IMG/VR virus record: IMGVR_UViG_3300018063_000004
Location: 369 to 64,368 of that record
Reading direction: 5' to 3' (one strand)
DNA: 64,000 bases
Origin: a virus
Taxonomy: Duplodnaviria; Caudoviricetes
This document shows, in pieces, positions 48,095-57,600 of this stretch (position 1 is the first letter of the stretch; the number at the start of each line of letters is the position of its first letter). Under the pieces are notes generated by a model. The model was not told the DNA's origin and ran no database searches. It saw only the letters and a program-made list of their open reading frames with translations. The position numbers and the translations under genes are program-made.

Positions 48095-48342
48095 CTTGAG
48101 GCCTCCTGGCGCGCGGAAATCGCGCCAAAGGCCGGCGGGCCTGCGCTATAGTGCCGGCCAGGTCCGCCGGCAGGTAGCTGCTACCGGCTGGCTCAGGACC
48201 GTTCGGCGCGTCCCCGCGCGCCGGCGGTCCGACTTTCTGCCAGAGAGACCAATTGACTCTCTCGTTATCGCTCGGAAGTCAAGCCTAAACAGCACAGGCG
48301 GCATGACCGATAACCCCTTCGTCCCCGCGAAAGGAGGTTCTG

Positions 48343-48711
48343 ATGGTCAGCCGCGTCTCTCTCATCGTCGCGTGCTCGGTCTTGCTCGGCGCGTGTTTTC
48401 ATTCCTCGCCGACCTCGCCGTCCTCAGCAACGGCCAGCGTGGAATATCGGATTACCGGATCCGCCGTGTCACGTGTCTCGATCACGTATGAGAACGCGAC
48501 AGGCGGCACGTCGCAGATTTCGAGCGCAGCCCTGCCCTGGTCCTTTTCCCGATCAGCGAAAACGGGTGATTTTCTCTATGTGTCGGGTCAAATCGCTGAG
48601 GGGACTGGGACGATGACGGTGTCGGTTTACGTAAATGGATCGGTGTTCAAGACCTCGACCAGCTCGGGGTTTGCCGCAATTGCCACGGCCTCTGGATCGT
48701 GCTGCTCCTAA
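48343..48711 (+). CDS. Lipoprotein with MmpS-like Ig fold (moron; possible superinfection exclusion)
   Basis: AAGGAGG RBS; lipobox LGAC; VEYRITG..ITY..LPWS..V.VNG. Confidence 0.75.
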   Translation: MVSRVSLIVACSVLLGACFHSSPTSPSSATASVEYRITGSAVSRVSITYENATGGTSQISSAALPWSFSRSAKTGDFLYVSGQIAEGTGTMTVSVYVNGSVFKTSTSSGFAAIATASGSCCS

Positions 48712-49071
48712 CCGACGCCACAGGCGGACCGGCGCCACAATAACGGCGCCCGCTCGCACGTGTTGACGCCTTGGGTCGATCGCTGACGTGGGTGAAGGAT
48801 GGGACACGTCCGCCAGCCGCGCGCGTTCCTGGAGCCGCTGAGCGGTCCGGCTGCACAAACGGCACAACTTCCCATTCGCCGCACAGTCCCCGCCGGCACA
48901 TCTCGAGCTGAAAATCGAGCGACGCGATCAGCTTCTCGAGCCTCGCCAGACGCGCGCGCAGCTCGGCAATGCAATCGTGCGGCCCCTGGACCTCGAGGCC
49001 GCACGCCTCGCATGTCATCGCCACGGCTACGGCGTTCGCACGATTCGGAGCACGGCCGGGATCACGAAATG

Positions 49072-49419
49072 CTAGGGCGGTGTCACGGTCACGTTGCGTC
49101 GGAGACCGGTGGACCCGACGCAACTATCCTCGTCGAGGGCGGACACGACCAGGTTGTGTGTGCCCGCCACACGGGGGAAGTAGCGGATGCCCGCGATGAC
49201 GGCGTCTTCGTCGTGCGTTTCAATGGTCCAGCCGGCTCGACCATCGCCGATCAAATCTGCGGTGACGCTCTGAATCCGTGTCCCCGTCGGGGATGTCACC
49301 TGGAACACGACACGCCCTGATTGTCCCATCAGGACCGTGGGCGTGTAGCTTTCGACGGTGATTACCGGACCCGCGTGTTCACAGGGACAGGCGGCGGCGT
49401 CAGGGCACGATCGAAAGGG
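49072..49419 (-). CDS. Ig-like domain probably appended by -1 frameshift to the upstream secreted protein
   Basis: C CCT TTC heptamer at 49413-49419; -1 frame open to 49072. Confidence 0.6.
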   Translation of the reverse strand, partial: PFRSCPDAAACPCEHAGPVITVESYTPTVLMGQSGRVVFQVTSPTGTRIQSVTADLIGDGRAGWTIETHDEDAVIAGIRYFPRVAGTHNLVVSALDEDSCVGSTGLRRNVTVTPP

Positions 49420-49817
49420 TTGCTGAGCGTACTCCAGGCGCTCGTCACGGTCGCCCCATTGGCTCTGCTAGCCGCTCGATAAGCCGTTCCAATCGGTAAT
49501 GCCGTGACCTGTGGAGCTATCGTAAACCGGCAGTCCAACGTTGCGTTTGATGGATCGTCAAATCGCGCCTCTGTTGGGTTGCTGATCGTCACGGGAGGCA
49601 CGATCTTGGGCTGGCCGCACGTCACCTGTGCGACCGGATAGACGACAGGCGCAGCGACCGGCGGACCGACGTTCGGATCGGTCACGGTTGACGCAAAGAT
49701 GCCGAGCGAATACGAGACGGTTGGTTCGACCTGGGCGGCGGCGGGCGTGACCGAGAGGAAGAGCAGAACAAGCATGGTGATCAGACGCAGAGCGATCGCG
49801 AGCATGCGGATCCTCAT
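49362..49817 (-). CDS. Secreted FN3/Ig-like protein
   Basis: Signal peptide (AAA|Q); SAWSTLSNPF; 2 Cys. Confidence 0.75.
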   Translation of the reverse strand: MRIRMLAIALRLITMLVLLFLSVTPAAAQVEPTVSYSLGIFASTVTDPNVGPPVAAPVVYPVAQVTCGQPKIVPPVTISNPTEARFDDPSNATLDCRFTIAPQVTALPIGTAYRAASRANGATVTSAWSTLSNPFDRALTPPPVPVNTRVR

Positions 49818-49877
49818 CGACGTGTTCTCCTTGACATTATTGCGGCCGGCCTATCCGGCGCACAGGCAGTCGTGGCC

Positions 49878-50069
49878 TTAGACGCCGGCGCCGTGTTCGG
49901 CTTCGCGCGCAGCGATCGCCGAGGTCAGCCGTGCGTCCAGGTCGGCGAGCTGCTCGTCGGTGGCGCCGGCGGACACGAACCAGGCGCGGATGGTCGATCC
50001 GATCACCTGACCCGAGTTGACGAGCGCGGCCAGGAGCAGCATGTAGGTTTGAAATTCCTGTACGTTCAT
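49878..50069 (-). CDS. Small lysis-module protein
   Basis: AAGGAG RBS; amphipathic helices. Confidence 0.6.
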   Translation of the reverse strand: MNVQEFQTYMLLLAALVNSGQVIGSTIRAWFVSAGATDEQLADLDARLTSAIAAREAEHGAGV

Positions 50070-50136
50070 CGGTCTCTCCTTTGAAATACGCGCGCCTCGA
50101 GTGAGCGGAGCGCGAGCACACAACGATCGCCTGGCG

Positions 50137-50862
50137 TCAGACGATCGCCGCAGTCAGATCCTCGAGCCTCGGACGCACAGAGGCTCCGATCCACGTTGTG
50201 ATCGCGGCTCGCACCGTCGCAATGGCTTTCAGTAATGGATCACGGACACCGTCAATCGCCGGGAGCGCCTTCGTCAGATCGTCCAGCGCCGCCAGGACGG
50301 CCACTTCGGCGACCGTCAAGGCCTCGGTGCGCGTGTTCACGCCTTCAGATATGGCGGCCGCGGCCCGTTCAAACGCGCGCGCCGCATAGAGCACGCGCAA
50401 GACGATCGCGCCGATCCGATCATGATCGGCTTTTGTGTAGCCCGTGAGTCCGGCTGCATAGACCTGACGCTCAACCTGATCGATCGCCAGCGCGGTTTCA
50501 CCGATCGACATGGCCGCGACGCGGATCTGTGCGCGAGGTCCTCGAGCGGCGCACGCTGCGAAGCTCGAGGCCGACAACGTTAGAATGACGAAGGGAATGA
50601 CGACCCGACTCGCCGGCCCAGAGCTGCTGATTTCATCTTCTGGTGTGCCCGGACTCGCGTCGAGCGCATTCAAGAACTTGATGCGGCTCTTGTATTTGTC
50701 CCACAAAGACCAGCCGACGCCGAGGATCCCGAGCGAGAGGGCCATGATGTAGTCGTTTGCCTCGGCTGTCGTCCAGATCCCCTTCGAGACAAAATAGCCG
50801 GCGCCGGTCGTCAGCACGTGGCGCACGATCGATCCGAGGGCCTTTTGAAGTGTCGCGTTCAT
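50137..50862 (-). CDS. Holin-like N-terminus fused to lipoprotein-like helical domain
   Basis: SIVRHVLT..G.F..KG..GWS..DK; internal hydrophobic stretch ending FAAC. Confidence 0.65.
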   Translation of the reverse strand: MNATLQKALGSIVRHVLTTGAGYFVSKGIWTTAEANDYIMALSLGILGVGWSLWDKYKSRIKFLNALDASPGTPEDEISSSGPASRVVIPFVILTLSASSFAACAARGPRAQIRVAAMSIGETALAIDQVERQVYAAGLTGYTKADHDRIGAIVLRVLYAARAFERAAAAISEGVNTRTEALTVAEVAVLAALDDLTKALPAIDGVRDPLLKAIATVRAAITTWIGASVRPRLEDLTAAIV

Positions 50863-50907
50863 CGGTTCTCTCCTTGTGTGTGTTTTAGTGGTCCTTGTCT
50901 GTCCAGC

Positions 50908-52545
50908 TCATCGCTGTTGTCCTTTCAACAGCACCGCGGTCGGAACGCCCTCGAGCGTGAACTCCTGGCCGGCTGCCAGCTCGAGATGGCGGAGGACTTC
51001 GCCGGTTAACGGATGGATCACGTCGAACGCGATGGCCGCGCGAGGCCTCGCCGTCACGGGCGCGCGGATCCCGAACACCGCGACAACGAAATCGGATCCG
51101 CGCGTGGCCGCATAGGCGCGCACGATGCGGTTCTCGTCAACCGCGCGGTCGAATCCGCTGAAGGGAAATGAGCCCCACTGCGCGTTATGCCTGGCCCAAT
51201 TCGCCACGCCAGGCGGAAGCGCGGCCGTCATCGCACGGAACCCGCCGGCGATTTCGGACCAGCCCGGCAGCTCCCAAAAGTTCGCGTGTCGTGGCGGAGC
51301 ACGCGCCAGGTCCGCGGCGCCGCCGCCGCGGATCCCGGGCCCGGCATGGAACACATAGCCGCCGTTTTGAGCGATGAAGGTGACGAGATAGGCCGTGACG
51401 AGATCGATCGGTTGATCGTCGGCGTTGATCGAGGCCTCCGGCCCGATCGGTTCGTTGTTCAGGACGACCGGCGGAAGCTGGCCGTTGCAGCTCGCGTCGT
51501 ATTCATCCGGATAGCCCCACGGCTGCCGGACCGGACGAAATTGATATCGCTGCCCGTTGAGCGTGAAGCTATCGCTTCGATCATCCCGCTCATAGTGCAT
51601 CGTCGCCGCTCGAGCGCCGGCACCGGCATAGGTGTCGCACGCATCGGCGGCATTTTGCGGAGCCGTGAGCGCGACGATATTCGGGACACGATCCTGAAGG
51701 CGTCGGCCGAGCGCGCGCAATTCGGCGTGTCCGGGGCCGCCGGCGAACCCGTTCTGCCAGCCTTCGTTCGCGACTTCATAGGCGAAAATCTTGTGTTCCC
51801 GGCCGGCCGTCATCGCGGCGAAACGATCGACGACTTGCTGGCGAATCAGTCCGCTCGGCGTGTGTTCCGATCCGCCGAAGATCGTCCATTGCACGCGGAG
51901 GCCGAAACGGTCATACGCATAATCGGTGAAGCCGGCGATCGTCTCGTTGTAATCCGGCCAATTGATATCCGTCGTCCGGTCAGCCCATCCGCCGACGGGC
52001 CCGACGGATCCGAGCACCCGGAGATACGCAACGCCGGCATCCTTTAAGGTGGAGAGATTCAGATCGAGGCGATCGCGATCGAACTTGTAACCCCATGCGC
52101 CCCAAAACACCGTGGCGCCGAGCGGATTGAAACAGCCATCGTCATCGCACGCCGCGTGCGCTTCGCGACGGACGAGCCCGCGGCGTGCCGACGCCGCCGG
52201 AGGTCCGCGCGGTTCGATCCCAATCGGCACGTCCATGTTCGCGACGAAGGGATCCGCCGAGACTGTCCGTTCGATGTAGCCATCGCGCGTGATCGTGACG
52301 CCCCGGCCGCCGATCTCGAGTTCCCATGCGAGATAGCCGTCGCCGTTTGTCGTGCCGGTCTCGCCCGTATGCAAGGCCACCGCGGCGCCCTCGAGCGGAC
52401 GGCCGCTCCGCGCATCCGTGACGATCACGGCAAGCGTTGCGCGTGCGGGTTCTGGCGGAAGAGGAGGCGGGCGCGGCCCGGGATTGATGGCGCAGCTTAG
52501 CGTGACGCTCAGAATGGCAAGCGGACATGAGACACGACGGAGCAT
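50908..52545 (-). CDS. Lipoprotein with beta-sandwich and GH5-like glycoside hydrolase domain
   Basis: Lipobox TLSC; YLRV, YEVANEG, MHYER, NNEPIG. Confidence 0.7.
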   Translation of the reverse strand: MLRRVSCPLAILSVTLSCAINPGPRPPPLPPEPARATLAVIVTDARSGRPLEGAAVALHTGETGTTNGDGYLAWELEIGGRGVTITRDGYIERTVSADPFVANMDVPIGIEPRGPPAASARRGLVRREAHAACDDDGCFNPLGATVFWGAWGYKFDRDRLDLNLSTLKDAGVAYLRVLGSVGPVGGWADRTTDINWPDYNETIAGFTDYAYDRFGLRVQWTIFGGSEHTPSGLIRQQVVDRFAAMTAGREHKIFAYEVANEGWQNGFAGGPGHAELRALGRRLQDRVPNIVALTAPQNAADACDTYAGAGARAATMHYERDDRSDSFTLNGQRYQFRPVRQPWGYPDEYDASCNGQLPPVVLNNEPIGPEASINADDQPIDLVTAYLVTFIAQNGGYVFHAGPGIRGGGAADLARAPPRHANFWELPGWSEIAGGFRAMTAALPPGVANWARHNAQWGSFPFSGFDRAVDENRIVRAYAATRGSDFVVAVFGIRAPVTARPRAAIAFDVIHPLTGEVLRHLELAAGQEFTLEGVPTAVLLKGQQR

Positions 52546-52590
52546 GGGATCCTCCTCCCAATGCCCGCGTCGGGTCCTCCGTGCGCGGCG
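52546..52590 (-). promoter_or_regulatory. CGGAGGACCCG hairpin copy without U-tract
   Basis: CCGCG-caCGGAGGACCCGa-CGCGG followed by TGGGA-GGAGGA-TCCCA hairpin over RBS and start. Confidence 0.7.
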
Positions 52591-52617
52591 GCTGAACGAA
52601 AACGAGTGTGGCCTATG

Positions 52618-53145
52618 TTACGGCACTTCGAGCAGCGAAAAAGTTAATGCCCGATTTTCTAAGCCTTCCTCAAATTTCTTGTCGACGCTCCCGCCTGGAT
52701 TGGTGCTCATGTCGATCATTTGAAGACGCGCGCCGATCAGCGCCTGGTTGACAAGCCACTGGTCCGCGTTCGTGAGCGCCGCGATGGTCGGCGCGTCCAT
52801 CTTACTCGAGCGCGCCACGCGGAGCACGCGCTGCAGCCAGCGGATCGCGAGGCCTTCACCGGAGTTGTAAGCCATATCGATCGCCTGCAATCGCAGCGGC
52901 TCGAACGTGATTCGATCAAGGCCGGCCCGGTTGGCGAGCTGGCTGAGCTTCCACCGAACGATCGGCCGAGCTGTGTCGACAGCGAGTGCCTTGAGTTCGG
53001 CGAGGGTCGCAGGCCGCCCGAGATATTCCGAGAGCGTCGGCAAGATGATTCCTCCAGCTCCGGTGGGTTGGTCGATTTCCGGCGGTTCTGCGTAGCGATC
53101 CCCTTCCTTCCGGAACACGTCATCGATCACTTGCTCGATCGTCAC
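52618..53145 (-). CDS. Endolysin, GH108-like
   Basis: EG..Y..P..D..T..GI; DMAYNSG..AIRWLQRVL; KF..G..NR. Confidence 0.8.
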   Translation of the reverse strand: MTIEQVIDDVFRKEGDRYAEPPEIDQPTGAGGIILPTLSEYLGRPATLAELKALAVDTARPIVRWKLSQLANRAGLDRITFEPLRLQAIDMAYNSGEGLAIRWLQRVLRVARSSKMDAPTIAALTNADQWLVNQALIGARLQMIDMSTNPGGSVDKKFEEGLENRALTFSLLEVP

Positions 53146-53381
53146 TTCGATTTCCTGTTTGATCGAATACTGATGATATGCGCGATGAGATTACTCACGA
53201 GCGCCACGATCGTGGCCGTCTGATAGTTGTCGATCCGATCGAGTCGCAGCGTGATACCCGCCATGCGTTCCACGAGCGTCGCGTTGATGGCCTCCTGGCT
53301 TTGACCGGCCAACACGACGGTCAGGATAAAGACTAAAGCGAATCCCACGAGCCAGAGCTGCGCGCGATCGCTGTTCGTCAT
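53142..53381 (-). CDS. Small two-TM protein, holin-like
   Basis: Hydrophobic ends, basic C-terminus, overlaps endolysin start. Confidence 0.55.
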   Translation of the reverse strand: MTNSDRAQLWLVGFALVFILTVVLAGQSQEAINATLVERMAGITLRLDRIDNYQTATIVALVSNLIAHIISIRSNRKSK

Positions 53382-53416
53382 AGGGGGATCCTTTGTCACG
53401 AGTCGCCCTCCAGGAA

Positions 53417-53704
53417 TCAGAGGCCGAGCGCCCGATCGAGCGCCCGACGATCGGCGTCCGCTCGCTCGACGTATTCGAGCCACTGTTCAAACGGCCGGCA
53501 CGTCAGCGTCCGCGTCATTTCCTCTCCGCAGCGATTACAGATCGGCGCGTTGCAGCGACCGCAATAGCTGCCGGCGTCCGTCGGGTCCTCCTTCGGCCGG
53601 ATCGAATAATGCCGGCCACAATGCGCGCATTGGACCGTGTCTTTTTCGATCGTCGTGGCCCGATCGCCCGACGTGGAAATGATGTAGCCGTGCGGTTTCA
53701 ACAT
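53417..53704 (-). CDS. Zn-finger protein
   Basis: CAHC..CGRC..IC..C..C. Confidence 0.6.
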   Translation of the reverse strand: MLKPHGYIISTSGDRATTIEKDTVQCAHCGRHYSIRPKEDPTDAGSYCGRCNAPICNRCGEEMTRTLTCRPFEQWLEYVERADADRRALDRALGL

Positions 53705-53707
53705 TTC

Positions 53708-54139
53708 TTAGAGGCCGCTCTTTCCTTTCAACGCCACAGTCTCGAACGTATTGATCCCGGCCGCGGCGGTAAATTCAATCGTCATGGCTGTCGCCGGTGA
53801 CCCGACGAGAGTCAAGCCGCACAATTGAATCGGCGGCGCCGAGCCGCCAGCCGAGACCGTGAGTGCCATCGTGCCTTGCCAGATGATCGTGCCGGCGCCG
53901 CTCGCGCCATCACGCACGACGAACGTCACCTGGACAGCGACCGGCGCGACCGCCCCTGCCGTAAGCGTCACCAGGATACATTCGCTGATATGGCGAACGC
54001 CGGTTGCGCCGGCCGCTTTTGTGGCCGTGGCCTGTGTATTCGCCGCCGGCGCGTGAGAGATCGTCCAGGCTCCTTCTTGCGCGCCGGCAACCGAAGTGTA
54101 GAGCAGACACAGCCAGACGAAACACGCGATCCGTTTCAT
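53708..54139 (-). CDS. Secreted beta-sandwich virion-like protein
   Basis: Signal peptide (AGA|Q); 2 Cys in mature part; VVRDGASGAGTIIW. Confidence 0.7.
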   Translation of the reverse strand: MKRIACFVWLCLLYTSVAGAQEGAWTISHAPAANTQATATKAAGATGVRHISECILVTLTAGAVAPVAVQVTFVVRDGASGAGTIIWQGTMALTVSAGGSAPPIQLCGLTLVGSPATAMTIEFTAAAGINTFETVALKGKSGL

Positions 54140-54140
54140 G

Positions 54141-54590
54141 TCAATGCTCCCGGATATACGCGTTGTACACGACGCTCGACGCCGGCCCGACCGGCGTTTC
54201 ATAGACGAGTCCATTGGCGCCCGTCGCCGGCGTGAGGATCTCCCGCCCGGGAACCGCCGTCCAGCGGAAGGAATTCCGTTGATGCGTCGGTTCGTCAATC
54301 ATTTCGCTGTTCGCCGTGATCGTCGGATTGACGGTGTGATTCTCGCCAGCGTCGAACTCGGTCTGGAACTCGGCATCGTCGATCCGTCGAGGCGTTGTGG
54401 CGGTCGACGTGCCGGCGGTCGTGCAACGTCGGACGCGCGCGCGGAACATGTTATCGGCGGGCGAGGCATCGCAGCCAAACATGAGATCCCACAGCTCGAG
54501 GCGCCGGGCCCGTGTGGCATCGGCGATCGTATTCCCGACAATCAACGTATTGTCGGCCGTGCGTCGCATCGGAACGTGAAAGTCTGACAT
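54141..54590 (-). CDS. Jelly-roll-like virion protein (no signal peptide)
   Basis: AAGGAGG RBS; RCTTAGTSTATTPRRIDD resembles proteins at 13172 and 13756. Confidence 0.65.
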   Translation of the reverse strand: MSDFHVPMRRTADNTLIVGNTIADATRARRLELWDLMFGCDASPADNMFRARVRRCTTAGTSTATTPRRIDDAEFQTEFDAGENHTVNPTITANSEMIDEPTHQRNSFRWTAVPGREILTPATGANGLVYETPVGPASSVVYNAYIREH

Positions 54591-54604
54591 GACAGCCCTC
54601 CTTT

Positions 54605-57600
54605 TTAGGCTTCAAGCATCGGCGAGGACGCGGACGCCGCGGCCATGCCGGCAGTGAACGGCCGCGCTGCGCGCTGGACGTTGAACGTCCATTCAGGCAA
54701 CCGCGGCATCGGATGCGGTGTGCGATCGATAAATTGCAAGAGCGCCGGCGGCAGACCGATCGAGGCCTGCGCGGCGCCGCGTGACATCGACGGCACGGTC
54801 CGCTGCATCCGTGCCCGAGCGTTGACCGTCACCGTGGTCGAGCTGCCGGCAAGCAGCCCAAAACTCCAGGTATCGCCGGCCTGACCTGTGCCCTTGGTGA
54901 TGAGGAAGTCCACGAACCGTTGCATGTCGTAGGCTTCGAGATACACCGACCAGGTCTCGAGGTCCAGCTCATGCCGGAACAATCGCGCCGCGTGATTCGT
55001 CCAGCCGATCGAGCTGACGCCGCCATAGTGAGTCAAGAGCAGATTCTGTCCAAGCTCGAGATTCGATCCGGAGAGCGGCATCCGGAATTTGATCAGCCGC
55101 GGCGGATTGAGCGATCGCGCGAGCCGGCGCGTGATGATATCGGTTGCGACGCCAGGCGCGCGCACCATGAAGAATTCGAGCACGTCGGCGATCTTTTCCT
55201 CACCGAGTTCCTCCGCCGCGGCTTCATTGAACATTTCATCTTCGTGTTCCCATCCCTTCTGGCCCCTCGTCACCTTCACCTTCACCGGTTGACCAGGGAT
55301 CGGAAAGACTAATCCGCCAGACGGAAGAAAGTGCATCGTCAGCTCTGACGACGCGCCAGGTCCGGCTTCGACCGTGACCGGCTCGGTATAGTCCTGACCG
55401 AAACGATAGGACACTCGATTGAATTGCTCCTCGATTTCATCAGTAATGTCGAACTCGCCGCCGACGATGTCGAGCACGTCGAAGATCGGCACGCCGGCCG
55501 TCAACGCGGCCACGGTCTCATCGATCATGGAGACCATCCACTGACATTTCCGATTGAAGCCGCCATCCACATCGAAACTCACGTTGAACCGCGCGAGCAG
55601 ATCGCGGGCGCCGAGGCGTTCCCCGTCATTGCCGACGATGAAGGCGCCCACATAGCCGCCAGACACGCGCGCTTGGCCGATCGTTTTCGCTGCCGCAAAA
55701 CTCGTCTCGTCGATGAGTTTGACTTCGGCATCATCTGCAAAGCGTGGCGTCGACAGCCAGGCGCCAGCGTCATAGTTCTGGAGCACGAAGTTTTGCAAAC
55801 AATGAAGATATTGATCGAGGCCATCCGCGATGAGCGTGCCGGTGCCATTCCCGACCGTCTCGATCCCGCGAAAGTTGACGGTCAGCGTTTTCTCGCCCGA
55901 CGCGATCTCGTCACCCTTCGAGTCTTTTTTGAGGTAGAGCAACGTGTAGCGTCGGCCGTTGAAGTCGCGATACGTCGTGCCGAAGATCGCCGTCCAGCCA
56001 GGAAAGCCCGGAATCAGATAGTCGGCGCCGCTGTCGGCTGTCGAATCCTGTTCTCGGACGCCGTCCAGATACCAGCTTGTGATTGGCTTCGTGCCCTGTC
56101 CGGCATGGCCGCAGATCACACACTCGTGGTAGTCAGTGCCATTGATACGTCGGAGGCCCGTAGAAATGACCGGGACCAGTCCGTGGCCCGTATCTATTTT
56201 GATCGTGGAGTTTGGCGTGCCTGGATCTCCAGATACCACGGTCTGATTGGTCGCCGGCGGATGCGAATCGGTTTTCTCGACATCGATCTCGGTCCGCGTC
56301 GGCGCCGGCGTGCCGCCAGGCCCGCCTTGCGGTCCGGCGCCGTCCCGATAGCGTTCCTCGTTGCCGGCCAACGCCGCGTTCGCCGAGTCGAGCAGGTTGA
56401 GGTTCGTGGTCCCACCAGGCGCGCGGCCGTAGATCCGATAGTGATGCGCGCCCGGCACGCTGTTCCAGTCGAGCTGGACGTAGCGCGAGACACTCGCCTG
56501 ACTGGCGCTTGGCGCGTTCGTGACGGTCACATAGGCCGCGTCCGTCTCGCCTGCATGATCGGCGCGTTTGGCAAACTGATTCCATTGGTCGTGGCGGTTA
56601 TCGAGCGCCGTGACGCCGTAGGTGTAGGTCGAGGTCCCGGCGGCGCCGACGACGACCGCGGTCAAGTTTTGCGGCTTGTTGAGACCGACAGATGCCGGCG
56701 TGCCGGAATCTCCTGGCACGACGATGTCGTGTTCGTTCCGATCGGAGAGTTCGCCATAGATGAACGGCACGGCGAGCGAGTCCTGGCCCTTGCCGGCAAT
56801 CGTCTCCGGCGCGTTCGGGAAATCATCATGCGTGAACACGCGCTGCGGAATCTGATCTTTTTTGTTCGCGGATTCAAACCGCACCGCGAGCGTATCGCGC
56901 CCGGAGAACTCAAACGCCAGCTCGGATTCGATCGCATAGCCGCGAACGAGGCCTCGCGCCACGGTGCGCGGGGTGAGCAACGCGCGGCGATCCTTGTCAG
57001 GAATGGCCCGCACGACGGCCGGCCGATTGATAAATGTTTTTGTGGCCGTCAGCCCGAGGAGGCCGCGGAATTTGCGGTCCACGTCGCTGGCGCGCCAGCC
57101 GAAGGTGAGCCCTTCAAATTGACCGAAACGATCCGAGAGCGCACGCCGGACCGGGTGCCAGCGCGTGACGCGATCCTCTTTGTAACCGCCAAAATAGGTC
57201 GCCGGATCCGGGAGCGTGACTTTCGACATGAGATGGAGCGCGCCCGCACGATCGGTGAACTCGGCCCACGCGAGACCTATTTGGGTTTCGGCGACGCCTC
57301 CCGGTCCAGGCGGCGTCGGACCGCTACTGAAGGTGACTTCGCCTTCCGCCGGTCCACCGAGCACTTCGAGCAGAATGTTCTTGATCGTGAGCGTGCTGCC
57401 GCCCGTGCCGACCTTCCCGCCGAACTCGAGCGCCGCAAAAGCGGCCGCAGACAGCGGCGCTTCCTGATAGGACTTGTCCGCGCGGTTCGTCGACGCGTCG
57501 GAGTCCCCAGTAAAGGCGTTGAAGTTGAACGACGATTCCTGAGCCCCGATCACAATCTTGTGCTGATTGCCGTTGCTGGTCGCATTCATGTAGCAACGCA

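Noticed and set aside
53582-53591. Second CGGGTCCTCC match
   Set aside because: Also Glu-Asp-Pro codons inside a gene, without the structural context
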